NCBI GenBank assembly: GCA_041691775.1
Contig: JBEPUB010000013.1
Location: 11,913-75,912, forward strand
DNA from: Gemmatimonadota bacterium
GTDB lineage: Bacteria > Gemmatimonadota > Gemmatimonadetes > Gemmatimonadales > Gemmatimonadaceae
DNA: 64,000 nucleotides
Direction: 5' to 3'
Shown here piece after piece: positions 49,093 through 58,188 of this stretch (positions are counted from its first letter, which is position 1; every line of letters starts with the position of its first letter). Under the pieces are notes generated by a model, which worked only from the letters and a program-made list of their open reading frames with translations, made no database searches and was not told where the DNA came from. A program made the position numbers and the translations under genes.

Positions 49093-50346
49093 TCACTTCG
49101 GCTGGTTGGCTACGGCTTGCGACTTCGCATTTTCGATGTCAGCCGCCGTGAGTGCGGCGATGCCGGGATCTTTGCCGAACTTCCATTTGAGGTTCGCAAT
49201 CGCGATCAGCGAGCCAGCCCGACCGGACTCGAAGTCCTTGCCAAAGGTCACGTTCAGCCATTGACTGTCACCAGTCTTGACGCTGAATCCAAGATCGGCA
49301 CGATACTGCCGGCTCGTTGTCGTGTCGCGATAGTGCCGCGCCACGAACTCACCGGATACGGCGTAGCTCGACCAGGCTCCGACTTCCCGGAACCCCAGGT
49401 CAACCGAGTGCGCGCTCAGTCGCGATGCGCCATCGGAACGCGCCCAGCGCAACAGGAGAATGTGGCTCATCGATGTGGTGACGTACGCGGGAGTGAGCCA
49501 GAACGCATACGCCGACAACGTACCCTTGTCCGCGGCCGCTGCAGGGAAACGGAAAGCCGTGCCCGCTGCTCCGCTCACGAGAAAGCCAGTGTTTATCGGA
49601 CCGTTTCGAATGCACGGTGCGTGAGTTGTATCCGACGCAAAGATGGAGTCGACAATGACCTTCTGCTGCGCGTCCGTCAGAACCACAGCCCTACCATTCG
49701 GCAATGACTGCCGCCGACTCAACTCTTTGGACGCCTTTTCGTCCAATGCGAGGAGCACTCCGACACACTTCGTATCCGGCCGAGCGGCGTTGTACAATAC
49801 CGTCCGCATCCCCGCGCCGATTCTCGATACGGAGGTATCGTGTGGCGTCGCGCCGGCTGTCTTGAACGCGGAGTCGCTGGTTGCAACGGAAAATCCGAGA
49901 AGGCGGTAGATGCTCGCGAAACCCGGCTTACGATACTCGGTGAAACTCAGCGACGGATGCGAGACGAGCCAGTACGGCGCCACGTCGATCGCGTAGTTGC
50001 TCGGGATTACCGCGTGCGTTCCGTTCGTGAAAGCCGCGAGAGCAGACACCGCCACCGCATCCGGAGACGAAGGCCGCTCGATGACCGAGGGCGCCAAGCC
50101 CAATATGAGAAACGCAGGTGACTCGGGCGTCCGAAGCTTGGAGAATTCCGGTATCGCGCTCGGGTCGGTTGAATTCTTCACCGGGCTACTGGCATCTTGC
50201 GACCAAAGGTTCACAGACACGGCGAAATTCGACACGAAGAGCAGACAGATCACCAAGGCCAATGAAAACCGGCCACTCGATTGCGAGCGCACGACGCGAC
50301 GCGGCTTCACAAAGGACGCGTCAACATCGCTAGAGACTAGCCGCAT
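49093..50346 (-). CDS. secreted hypothetical protein, possible outer-membrane beta-barrel
   Basis: 417 aa with a signal-anchor-like N-terminus (FSLALVICLLFVSNFAVSVNLWSQ). Alternating beta-strand-like sequence ends in SLIAIANLKWKF, followed by a 24-aa tail. It overlaps the upstream gene by 17 nt. Confidence 0.5.
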   Translation of the reverse strand: MRLVSSDVDASFVKPRRVVRSQSSGRFSLALVICLLFVSNFAVSVNLWSQDASSPVKNSTDPSAIPEFSKLRTPESPAFLILGLAPSVIERPSSPDAVAVSALAAFTNGTHAVIPSNYAIDVAPYWLVSHPSLSFTEYRKPGFASIYRLLGFSVATSDSAFKTAGATPHDTSVSRIGAGMRTVLYNAARPDTKCVGVLLALDEKASKELSRRQSLPNGRAVVLTDAQQKVIVDSIFASDTTHAPCIRNGPINTGFLVSGAAGTAFRFPAAAADKGTLSAYAFWLTPAYVTTSMSHILLLRWARSDGASRLSAHSVDLGFREVGAWSSYAVSGEFVARHYRDTTTSRQYRADLGFSVKTGDSQWLNVTFGKDFESGRAGSLIAIANLKWKFGKDPGIAALTAADIENAKSQAVANQPK

Positions 50347-50695
50347 GGCCTTCGAACGAGATCTGAAACGCGAGCGCGACTCTCTCGTGCGCAGCTTGCG
50401 CCGTGAATTCTTGCAGATACGGTTGCGAGCTCGGCCCGCCGCGCAGAGTCACGGTCGCACTCATGAGATTGGTCGGCGCGCCTTCGTTCTGCATCACGCT
50501 AGTGACAACGAGCGTCTGCCCTCGCAGCGTCGCACCGACGCCGACTGGTACGCCTGTAAGTTGAATCGCCCCACTTCCGAGCTCCTGGCCAGCAAGATAC
50601 ACAGTTGACGCGCCTGGATGACCATTCCCAATCTCTACATCACACACCACGTGATCTCCATCCCGCACCACGTAGGTACCCAGCTTGGTCGGCAT
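50330..50695 (-). CDS. small beta-rich hypothetical protein (121 aa)
   Basis: ATG 50695 is preceded by GGGAGA with a 5-nt spacing. No signal peptide is visible. It is Gly/Val/Thr-rich, and I recognise no family. Confidence 0.5.
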   Translation of the reverse strand: MPTKLGTYVVRDGDHVVCDVEIGNGHPGASTVYLAGQELGSGAIQLTGVPVGVGATLRGQTLVVTSVMQNEGAPTNLMSATVTLRGGPSSQPYLQEFTAQAAHERVALAFQISFEGHAASL

Positions 50696-50721
50696 CGCGA
50701 TCTCCCATTCGTGAACGTGCG

Positions 50722-50750
50722 ATAATAGACGCGACGTAAGGTAACGGCAA
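50722..50750 (-). promoter_or_regulatory. candidate sigma-70 promoter of the three-gene cassette
   Basis: On the minus strand: TTGCCG (50750-50745), a 17-nt spacer, then TATTAT (50727-50722). It lies about 27 nt upstream of the ATG at 50695. Confidence 0.45.
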
Positions 50751-50751
50751 G

Positions 50752-50779
50752 TGTTGACTTGAGACGATGTTGACTTGAG
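50752..50779. repeat. direct repeat tgttgacttgag x2 (16-bp period) abutting the -35
   Basis: 12-bp perfect copies at 50752-50763 and 50768-50779. Confidence 0.85.
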
Positions 50780-50810
50780 CCGGCTGCTGCCTCGAGCCGA
50801 CTGTGCAATG

Positions 50811-51770
50811 CTATCCAGCGTTTATCGCGACGGACGGTTGCCGCCCCTGCTTTCCGAGCCATTCTGCGTACATGGCGCTCACATGCGCTATCTGGCGAGG
50901 CGTCGATCCGTGCTCATCGTCCACTCGACACACGAAAAGTACGTGCGAACCAATCCGGTGTGTCTGGAGCACGGAGAGTTCCCGGACGAAGCCTTGCGAC
51001 AGTATAGGGCGACCGTGCAGCGGTGACGCGTCTATGTCGAATGGAAGGGCGGCGACATCGACGGTTGCCATCCGGTGATGCGCCCCGAGTGCATACACCG
51101 CCGCTAGCTGGTCCCCGGGCGCGGCGCTCATCGCGATCACCCGTGACGCCTCCATCAACTCGATGGAGGGACTCGTCGCGCGCAGGGCGAGCAGAAAATC
51201 ACCCGAGCCGACGCGGCCAACCAGATCCATCGGGAATAGATTGGTTCGACCACCACTCGCCACTCCGATGAGGTAGACTCGGCGCGGAGACATGTAATAA
51301 ACGTTCAGACAACGCAAATCGGGCGCGGTCATGCATAGCCGATCCCCGCGCGAACGCGCTCTCCGTGCGTGGACCCAGGCCAGCGCGTAGCGCCACCAAC
51401 GAACCGTCGTCGGCGCTGTCCAGTTTCGGCAACCATCCGTCCGGAATAACGACAGTGAGCCTTGCGACAGTTGCAGGGTTCCTTCGCTCGTAACATCGAT
51501 TGCCCCCAACTCGCTCCCCGTCGTAGCGTCGCGAACGACGAGCGAGCAATTGGGACGCGCGGCCCCCTGCCACTCTATCTCTCTCTCGCTCCATACACCG
51601 ATTACCAACGGCCTCAGCGAGACCGGAATGTGGTCAGTCGTGATGTCACGCGGCCCCTCCGGCAATCCGTGCAATTCAAAACGGACCTTGGGTTCGTTGG
51701 ATTCCCCAAGAACGATCGGTACATGGCGAAGCCCGTCGCCATGCCAGAGCCTAGTCAGAAGTCGCGTCAC
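50811..51770 (-). CDS. two-domain protein: unknown N-terminal half plus a flavin-reductase-like (split-barrel) C-terminal half
   Basis: 319 aa with a GTG start. The C-terminal half (PRRVYLIGVASGGRTNLFPMDL..FLLALRATSPSIELMEASRVIAMSA..RIGSHVLFVCRVDDEH) follows the PF01613-type pattern as I remember it. Confidence 0.45.
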   Translation of the reverse strand: MTRLLTRLWHGDGLRHVPIVLGESNEPKVRFELHGLPEGPRDITTDHIPVSLRPLVIGVWSEREIEWQGAARPNCSLVVRDATTGSELGAIDVTSEGTLQLSQGSLSLFRTDGCRNWTAPTTVRWWRYALAWVHARRARSRGDRLCMTAPDLRCLNVYYMSPRRVYLIGVASGGRTNLFPMDLVGRVGSGDFLLALRATSPSIELMEASRVIAMSAAPGDQLAAVYALGAHHRMATVDVAALPFDIDASPLHGRPILSQGFVRELSVLQTHRIGSHVLFVCRVDDEHGSTPRQIAHVSAMYAEWLGKQGRQPSVAINAG

Positions 51771-51776
51771 GCCGGT

Positions 51777-52544
51777 TCAGGGGGTGCGTCGCAAGACGAT
51801 AAATAGGAACTGCTCACCCAGCATGACACCCGGTATCGCCCGCCTGAACGATTCCCATCCTGACGCATCGCAGCGAGCCGCCTCCACTAGCGTAAGAGTA
51901 GATGGCAGGATGCGCTGTATGGTCCGCACGAAATGGCGGTACGTCGTAACATCGCCGTGCAGAGTGATAGCGCCTGTTCGCAGCGAGCCGACCAATCCTC
52001 GCCACCACCACCGCTGTTTCATGTCGGCGCGATACCAGGGGTTGAGCAGGGCCGCCACCAGTGATGCGCCGGGAGTCAAATGGGATGAAAGCGAAGCAAG
52101 CAACGGTGCGAGATCATCGACGTGGTTCAACACGGCGAAGTTGGCTGCAATTGCGTCGACCGGGGACGCTCGCTGCAGTGTCAACTCTAGATCCCGGAAG
52201 TCACCGGGGATGACCGGAATGATTGTTCCTTGCGCAATCGCCTCCGCACAGCGGACGCGCAGCACGCCCAGCATTGCCGAAGAAATATCGTATGCGATAA
52301 CCCGGTGACCTTGGTCGGCGTACCATGCCGCATCGGTCCCGGTGCCGCAACCGAAATCAAGGATCGTCCCGCCTGGACCGGCGAGCATCGCCACTCTGCT
52401 ACGAAATGCATTCCGAATCGCGCGATTGTCGGGTACGCCATCGACTTGTGCGTCGTACATCGTAGCCATGCGATCGTAGTACGACGCGGTTCGCAGCAAA
52501 TCAGCGTTCAACTCCGTCTCTATCGACACAGAGTCGTCACGCAT
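51777..52544 (-). CDS. class I SAM-dependent methyltransferase
   Basis: 255 aa with motif I ILDFGCGTGTDA, followed by post-I VIAYDIS. Confidence 0.8.
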   Translation of the reverse strand: MRDDSVSIETELNADLLRTASYYDRMATMYDAQVDGVPDNRAIRNAFRSRVAMLAGPGGTILDFGCGTGTDAAWYADQGHRVIAYDISSAMLGVLRVRCAEAIAQGTIIPVIPGDFRDLELTLQRASPVDAIAANFAVLNHVDDLAPLLASLSSHLTPGASLVAALLNPWYRADMKQRWWWRGLVGSLRTGAITLHGDVTTYRHFVRTIQRILPSTLTLVEAARCDASGWESFRRAIPGVMLGEQFLFIVLRRTP

Positions 52545-52666
52545 TTCTACTCTTCATAGAATAAGAATGTAGCCGCGACGACCCAAGCCCGCACAACTGC
52601 AATGGTGAACCCTGTGTCCGACGCCTTGCGCAGGCGATCGGGTGCAAGCCGTGAGGACAGCTAACT

Positions 52667-52730
52667 GGATTTAAGAGGATAAATCCGGCCCGCCATGGCA
52701 AATCCAGAGTAACCCGATAGTTTCTATCGG
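52667..52730. promoter_or_regulatory. two perfect inverted repeats immediately upstream of the cytochrome c-FTR1 gene
   Basis: GGATTTA-agagga-TAAATCC (52667-52686). CCGATAG-ttt-CTATCGG (52714-52730), which ends 2 nt before the ATG at 52733. Confidence 0.35.
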
Positions 52731-52732
52731 AT

Positions 52733-54529
52733 ATGATCGTGAAGCGGCCAATAGTCCGGAAATGTGGCGTTGCGGCGCTGCTCCTCGGGTTACTCGTGGT
52801 TCCGGCAGCCTCAAGGGCCCAGGATTCGGGGGCAAGAAGACTGGCCAATATAGTTTCAGTCGCTGTGGCCGAATACGGCATGGCGGTGGACGGGCGCGGA
52901 GTGCTCATTTCGGCCCAGGAATACGAGGAGACTGTCGGCTTCCTGCAGGATGCGAATAGAGTCGCCAGCGAGCTTCGCGGCGCACATGCAGCCGACTCGC
53001 GAGCCGCTCTCAACGCACTGATCGCCGCCGTCGTATCGAGGCGCCCGCCGGCCGAACTCGCGGGTCTCCGCCAGCGCCTGATTGTCGCCCTTGGCGCGGA
53101 AGGAACCGTGGAGTTGCCGTCGGCACCGCTGGACGCCACGGAAGGACGCCATCTCTTTACGCAAAGCTGCGCATCGTGCCACGGTTCCAGAGGGATGGGC
53201 GACGGGCCACTCGCGCACGGGCTCTCGACCGCGGTTCCAGGAATCGGGAGCACCACCGTGACTCCGAAGCTGACACCTGCCCTGATTTACGACGTTATCT
53301 CCGTCGGAGTTCGTGGTACCGCGATGCCGGCGTTCGGAACGTCACTTTCGGCACAACAGCGATGGAACGTGATCAACTACGTGTACCTGCTGCGCGGACA
53401 ACCCATGTCGCTTCCGCGAAATGGCGCCGCGCACGAAACTCCCAGCGTGGCCGCAGCGACGATACTCACGCTGCTCGACAGCGCCCGCTCGCTCGCCAGC
53501 AGCGGCAACACGACTGCTGCCGGTGAGGCCGCATTCGACGCGTATATCGCATTCGAACCGCTGGAGCCGATAGCTCGCGCGAAGGATCCTGCACTCGTTT
53601 CATCGCTGGAACGCTCATTCGCCAACTTCAAGCTCGCCGTGCGCGGCGGTGACATTGCCGCTGCGGACGGCGCGCGCAATGCCATCGCGAGCGCAATGCC
53701 GCGCGTCGTCGCGCTCGCGAGCGAAACCGCGGCAAGCGCGGCGATGACGTTCTGGCAGTCGTTTCTCATCATCCTGCGCGAAGGATTCGAAGCGATCCTC
53801 GTCGTGGGCGCGGTAGTCGCGGTTCTGATCAAGACTGGCAACCGCCAGCGACTCCGGTCGATATGGATTGGAGCCGTACTAGGCGTCGTCGCGAGTCTGA
53901 TTACGGCGATCATCATCAAGACCGCCTTCTCCGCGATACCGGCGAGCGGCGAAATAGTAGAAGCCATATCACTGCTTATCGCGGTGATAGTGCTATTCTC
54001 GGTGAGTTACTGGCTGATTTCGAAGGTGGAGGCGGTCAAGTGGCAGAAATTCATCACAGGACAAGTTTCAGCCGCGCTCGAGCGCGGTGGCAGCGGTGCG
54101 TTGATACTCGTCGCATTCCTCGCGGTCTATCGTGAGGGCGCCGAGACTGCGCTGTTCTATCAGGCACTGTTCAGTCAGGCGCACGGGACGGCGCTGCCGC
54201 TGATACTCGGGATAGTCGCCGGAGCGATCGCGCTTGCGGCCGTTTTCATCATGTTCTACCGATTCGGCATCAAGATCCCGCTGCGTCCCTTCTTTGCGAT
54301 AACGGGCCTGCTGCTCTACTACATGGCGTTCGTCTTTGCAGGTCGTGGAATTCGGGAATTGCAGGAAGGAAATGTGATCTCGATGACACCTCTCCGGCAC
54401 ATACCAGATATTTCATGGCTTGGTCTCTTCCCGACCGTCGAGACGATTGCAATTCAGGCGGTGTTGTTGCTGTTGTTTGCGTTCGCGCTGATCAATACCT
54501 TCGTGTTCCGCACCGACACACGCGCATAG
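52733..54529 (+). CDS. cytochrome c domain fused to an FTR1/EfeU-family iron permease
   Basis: 598 aa with a signal peptide and haem motif CASCHG with downstream Met (GTAMPAF). Seven TM helices follow, carrying two REXXE motifs (REGFEA, REGAET). Confidence 0.85.
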   Translation: MIVKRPIVRKCGVAALLLGLLVVPAASRAQDSGARRLANIVSVAVAEYGMAVDGRGVLISAQEYEETVGFLQDANRVASELRGAHAADSRAALNALIAAVVSRRPPAELAGLRQRLIVALGAEGTVELPSAPLDATEGRHLFTQSCASCHGSRGMGDGPLAHGLSTAVPGIGSTTVTPKLTPALIYDVISVGVRGTAMPAFGTSLSAQQRWNVINYVYLLRGQPMSLPRNGAAHETPSVAAATILTLLDSARSLASSGNTTAAGEAAFDAYIAFEPLEPIARAKDPALVSSLERSFANFKLAVRGGDIAAADGARNAIASAMPRVVALASETAASAAMTFWQSFLIILREGFEAILVVGAVVAVLIKTGNRQRLRSIWIGAVLGVVASLITAIIIKTAFSAIPASGEIVEAISLLIAVIVLFSVSYWLISKVEAVKWQKFITGQVSAALERGGSGALILVAFLAVYREGAETALFYQALFSQAHGTALPLILGIVAGAIALAAVFIMFYRFGIKIPLRPFFAITGLLLYYMAFVFAGRGIRELQEGNVISMTPLRHIPDISWLGLFPTVETIAIQAVLLLLFAFALINTFVFRTDTRA

Positions 54530-54884
54530 AACACTCCGTGATGACATCCCATATGGCATCCCATGTTGTTTGATTCAACCGGACTCGGCTTCACAATCCG
54601 CGACGGACAGATTCTGGTGCACTATCCCACGCGTCGCACCGCTGCAAGTGGGAATGCGTCCGACGACGGCGAAGGTAGAGAAAGCCACGGCACAGGTACA
54701 CCCATCGGCCCGATACCAGAGTGGTACACCTTCGATCCACCAAACGACATAACCGCCGAACGTGTACACCTGTGGCAGCAATTGCGACAGCTCGCCGATT
54801 GAGCGATCGTCGGGGATTCCCCTATGATTTATCCAGCTTATCCCGACTGAATCACTTGGTAATCATGCCGTAGGTTCCGACGGC

Positions 54885-56312
54885 ATGGATACTGTACACG
54901 GTGACAAACGGCTTCCACGCATCATTCAGGGTGGAATGGGGGTTGGTGTCTCCAACTGGGTGCTTGCGCGCGCAGTCGCTAAGAGCGGCAATCTGGGCGT
55001 TGTCTCGGGCACCGCGCTCGACACTGTACTCGTGCGGCGTCTTCAGGATGGGGATCCTGGGGGACATATGCGCCGAGCGATCGCAAAGTTTCCGATCGCG
55101 AAAGTGGGAGAGGAAGTACTGAACCGCTACTTTCTTCCCGACGGCCGGCCGGTAGGCCAGCCGTACAGGATGCTACCGATGTACAAGCAGGTAGTCAGCA
55201 TCGCGCGCCAGCAGGTGACGATGCTCGCGAATTTTGTCGAAGTGTATTTGGCCCGGGAGGGACACGACGGTGTCGTCGGAGTCAACCTGCTCACGAAAGT
55301 ACAGTTGCCGAATCTCGCGTCGCTCTGCGGCGCGATGCTCGCGGGTGTGGACTACGTCTTGATGGGTGCCGGCATTCCGCGCGAGATCCCTGGTGTGCTC
55401 GACGCATTTTCGGAACACCGCACAGCGTCGCTACGGTTCGACGTCGAAGGATTGCCACCGACGGAAGCGGAATACCTCACGTTTGATCCCGCTATGCATG
55501 GCGTGGATCCGTCGACCCCGTTGAAACGGCCAAAGTTCATCGCCATAGTTGCTGCCACCTCACTTGCCATGACGCTTGCTCGCAAGGCGAACGGACGAGT
55601 CGACGCATTTGTCGTGGAAGGACCGACTGCCGGCGGCCACAATGCGCCGCCGCGGGGCGAGCCACATCTCAACGATCGCGGCGAACCGGTCTACGGCGAA
55701 CGGGATGTAGTCGATCTTAACCGCATCGCCGAGCTCGGCCTTCCATTTTGGATTGCCGGTGGTGCTGGATCGCCGGAGAGACTCGAAGAATCGCTCGCGG
55801 CGGGCGCAGCGGGGATTCAGGTCGGAACACTGTTCGCATATTGCGAGGAGTCGGGAATCGCGGACTCACTCAAGCAGGAAGTGTTGCAACACGCGGTGCT
55901 AGGGGAGGTGGACGTGGTCACCGATCCGCGCGCATCGCCAACCGGATACCCGTTCAAGGTGGTGCGGTGGAACGGCGACAACGCCGACGGACAACGACGC
56001 ACACGCAAGTGCGATCTCGGATATTTGCGCACAGCATACCGCGATCCCACCGGACGTATCGGATATCGCTGTCCCGCAGAGCCCGTTGACGCGTACGTGA
56101 AGAAGGGCGGCTCGATCGAGGAGACCGAAGGGCGCGAGTGCTTGTGCAACGGACTCACGGCGAACATCGCACAGGCCCAATTACGCAGCGGGGGTATCGA
56201 GGAGCCGCCACTTCTCACCAGCGGCGACGACCTGCGCAGCATTCAGCACTTCCTCGGCGCTCGGACGCACTATTCCGCGGCCGACGTCATTGACTACTTG
56301 CTCGGCGTCTGA
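54885..56312 (+). CDS. nitronate monooxygenase / 2-nitropropane dioxygenase-like FMN enzyme
   Basis: 475 aa with an NMO N-terminal motif IIQGGMGVGVSNWVLARAVAKSGNLGVVSG and a TIM-barrel-like remainder (AFVVEGPTAGGH). Confidence 0.75.
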   Translation: MDTVHGDKRLPRIIQGGMGVGVSNWVLARAVAKSGNLGVVSGTALDTVLVRRLQDGDPGGHMRRAIAKFPIAKVGEEVLNRYFLPDGRPVGQPYRMLPMYKQVVSIARQQVTMLANFVEVYLAREGHDGVVGVNLLTKVQLPNLASLCGAMLAGVDYVLMGAGIPREIPGVLDAFSEHRTASLRFDVEGLPPTEAEYLTFDPAMHGVDPSTPLKRPKFIAIVAATSLAMTLARKANGRVDAFVVEGPTAGGHNAPPRGEPHLNDRGEPVYGERDVVDLNRIAELGLPFWIAGGAGSPERLEESLAAGAAGIQVGTLFAYCEESGIADSLKQEVLQHAVLGEVDVVTDPRASPTGYPFKVVRWNGDNADGQRRTRKCDLGYLRTAYRDPTGRIGYRCPAEPVDAYVKKGGSIEETEGRECLCNGLTANIAQAQLRSGGIEEPPLLTSGDDLRSIQHFLGARTHYSAADVIDYLLGV

Positions 56313-58096
56313 GCCGACCCCCGAGGCGCGACACTCGCGCGTAGCGCGTTGAGTATCACCGCAATGTCGATCACCTCCTGAAGCAACGCTCCAGGAATCG
56401 GCGCAATCTTTCCTGCGGCCGCGAATAACATCGCAATGCCGCTCAGTCCGAGCCCAGCCCAGATGCTCTCGTGGGCGATCTTCATGCTCCGGCGTGCGAT
56501 TCGAATCGCAATCGGAACGCGATTGAGCTCGTCGACCAATATCACCAGATCGGCAGCTTCGGTTGTCACCCCGCCACCGTGACCCGCCAGGGCGATTCCG
56601 ACTGTTGCAGCACTGAGTGCCGGTGCGTCGTTGGTGCCATCACCAACCATCAAAACGCGCTCACCAGCTGAGACAAGATCTTTCACGACGGCGACCTTGT
56701 CTGCCGGCGTCATGTCGCCACGAACCTCGCGGATTCCAAGAGTAGCCGCTACTGCGTTCGTATTGTTTTCGTGATCACCCGAAAGCATCAGTACCCGTTG
56801 GATATCCAGCGCATGGAGATCCGCCAGGATGGCCGGCACGTCGCTTCGTATCTGATCGTCGTATGCGATTGTGCCGGCGAAGCGGCCGTTGATGGCTACG
56901 TATGCCCTGAGACCGCTGGATGATTCAGTGGCAACATCGTCGCCCGCCGTTGTCAACTGTGCCCGAATGTAGTTGTGCGCGCCTACCGCGACCAGGTCAT
57001 CACCGACGCGTCCGGAGACCCCACTACCAGCGGTCTCAGCGACATCGGTGACCGGAGGAAGCGGCGAGTTCTCAGCCCGCGCCGCATCGACCAGCGTGCG
57101 TGCGAGGAGATGCGCGGCGCCCTGCTCTACAGCTCCAGCGAGCCGCAACACGTTGGCGCGTGTGAACGGAGGCGATGGAATGACATCCCGTACAACCGGC
57201 TTGCCGACAGTGAGAGTGCCCGTCTTGTCGAGCACAGCTACATTCGCCGTTGCAAGTCGCTCGATGGCAGCACCGTTTCTTACGATGATCTGGCGCTTTG
57301 CGGCGCGATTGATTCCACCAATGATGGCGATCGGTGGTGCGAGAATTAGCGGGCATGGCGTTGCGACGACCAAAACAGCAAGAAAGCGCTCGTAGTCGCC
57401 CGACGCCGCAGCAGCGCCGATCGCTACGACGAGAGTAATCGGCGTGAACCAGACCGCGTACCGATCCGCGACCCTCTGAAACGGTGCTTTTGTCTTTAGG
57501 GCCGCACGCACCAGCTGCACAATCTGTTCGTACTGGCTCGCCTCCGCGACCGCGGTGGCGCGCATTTGAAACATGCGCTCGCCATTCACGCTGCCGCTGC
57601 CGACAGTCGCACCGGGTTCCACGGATCGCGGAACGGATTCGCCCGTCAGGCGTGACGTATCGAGCTCGGAAGTTCCTTCGGTCACCACTCCATCGCACGG
57701 TACGAGCTCCGCTGGTCGTATGACGATCGTCTCACCGACCAGTACGTCGTTGGCGCGAACGTCCACGACCTCACCATCGCGCATGACGTGCGCAAACTCA
57801 GGTCGGTCGGCTTCGAGCTGCTGAACTGCACGCGACGCGCGGCCTTCGGCGTATCGCTCCAGGGCCTCGCCGCCGGTCTGCATCACAACAACTATCAGGC
57901 CTGCGAGCGGCTGGTTCATGACCGCCGCGGTGATGATTGCCAGCGTTGCGACCACATCCGACGCCCACCTTCCGTGTAGCGCGCCTCTGATCGTACCGCT
58001 AACGACGACTGCGCCCGTCACGACGAGCGCCGTCAGCCATATGCGATCGGGCCAGAGCGGAGCGCCGGCCGCCCATGCGATAGCTCCGGCGAGCAC
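56294..58096 (-). CDS. compact P1B-type heavy-metal ATPase, TPCP transmembrane motif, no N-terminal metal-binding domain
   Basis: 600 aa with a GTG start. Motifs TGES (LTGESVP), DKTGTLT and GDGTNDAPAL are present. The TM metal motif is VVATPCPLILAPP. Only 1-2 TM helices precede the MDVL-like helix (ASDVVATLAIITA). Confidence 0.85.
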   Translation of the reverse strand: MLAGAIAWAAGAPLWPDRIWLTALVVTGAVVVSGTIRGALHGRWASDVVATLAIITAAVMNQPLAGLIVVVMQTGGEALERYAEGRASRAVQQLEADRPEFAHVMRDGEVVDVRANDVLVGETIVIRPAELVPCDGVVTEGTSELDTSRLTGESVPRSVEPGATVGSGSVNGERMFQMRATAVAEASQYEQIVQLVRAALKTKAPFQRVADRYAVWFTPITLVVAIGAAAASGDYERFLAVLVVATPCPLILAPPIAIIGGINRAAKRQIIVRNGAAIERLATANVAVLDKTGTLTVGKPVVRDVIPSPPFTRANVLRLAGAVEQGAAHLLARTLVDAARAENSPLPPVTDVAETAGSGVSGRVGDDLVAVGAHNYIRAQLTTAGDDVATESSSGLRAYVAINGRFAGTIAYDDQIRSDVPAILADLHALDIQRVLMLSGDHENNTNAVAATLGIREVRGDMTPADKVAVVKDLVSAGERVLMVGDGTNDAPALSAATVGIALAGHGGGVTTEAADLVILVDELNRVPIAIRIARRSMKIAHESIWAGLGLSGIAMLFAAAGKIAPIPGALLQEVIDIAVILNALRASVAPRGSAQTPSK

Positions 58097-58188
58097 GGCA
58101 AGGGCGGCGGCACCTGGGACAACGGCAGGGTGGGCCGCGATCCCGCGCAGCCCACCCGATGTCTCCTTTGGCGCTACCTCAGCACTGG

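Noticed and set aside
49079-49094. Small hairpin ACGCC-tcg-GGCGT overlapping the stop of the 417-aa gene, as a possible internal terminator of the cassette
   Set aside because: It has only a 5-bp stem and no U-tract. It is not distinguishable from chance in GC-rich DNA.
54563-54802. 79-aa ORF in the 355-bp gap between the FTR1 gene and the NMO gene
   Set aside because: No RBS, no recognisable motif, and lower third-position GC than neighbouring genes. I left it unannotated.
56294-56312. 19-nt overlap of the convergent 3' ends of the NMO gene and the P-type ATPase gene
   Set aside because: This is probably just tight packing of convergent genes. Nothing suggests a regulatory role.
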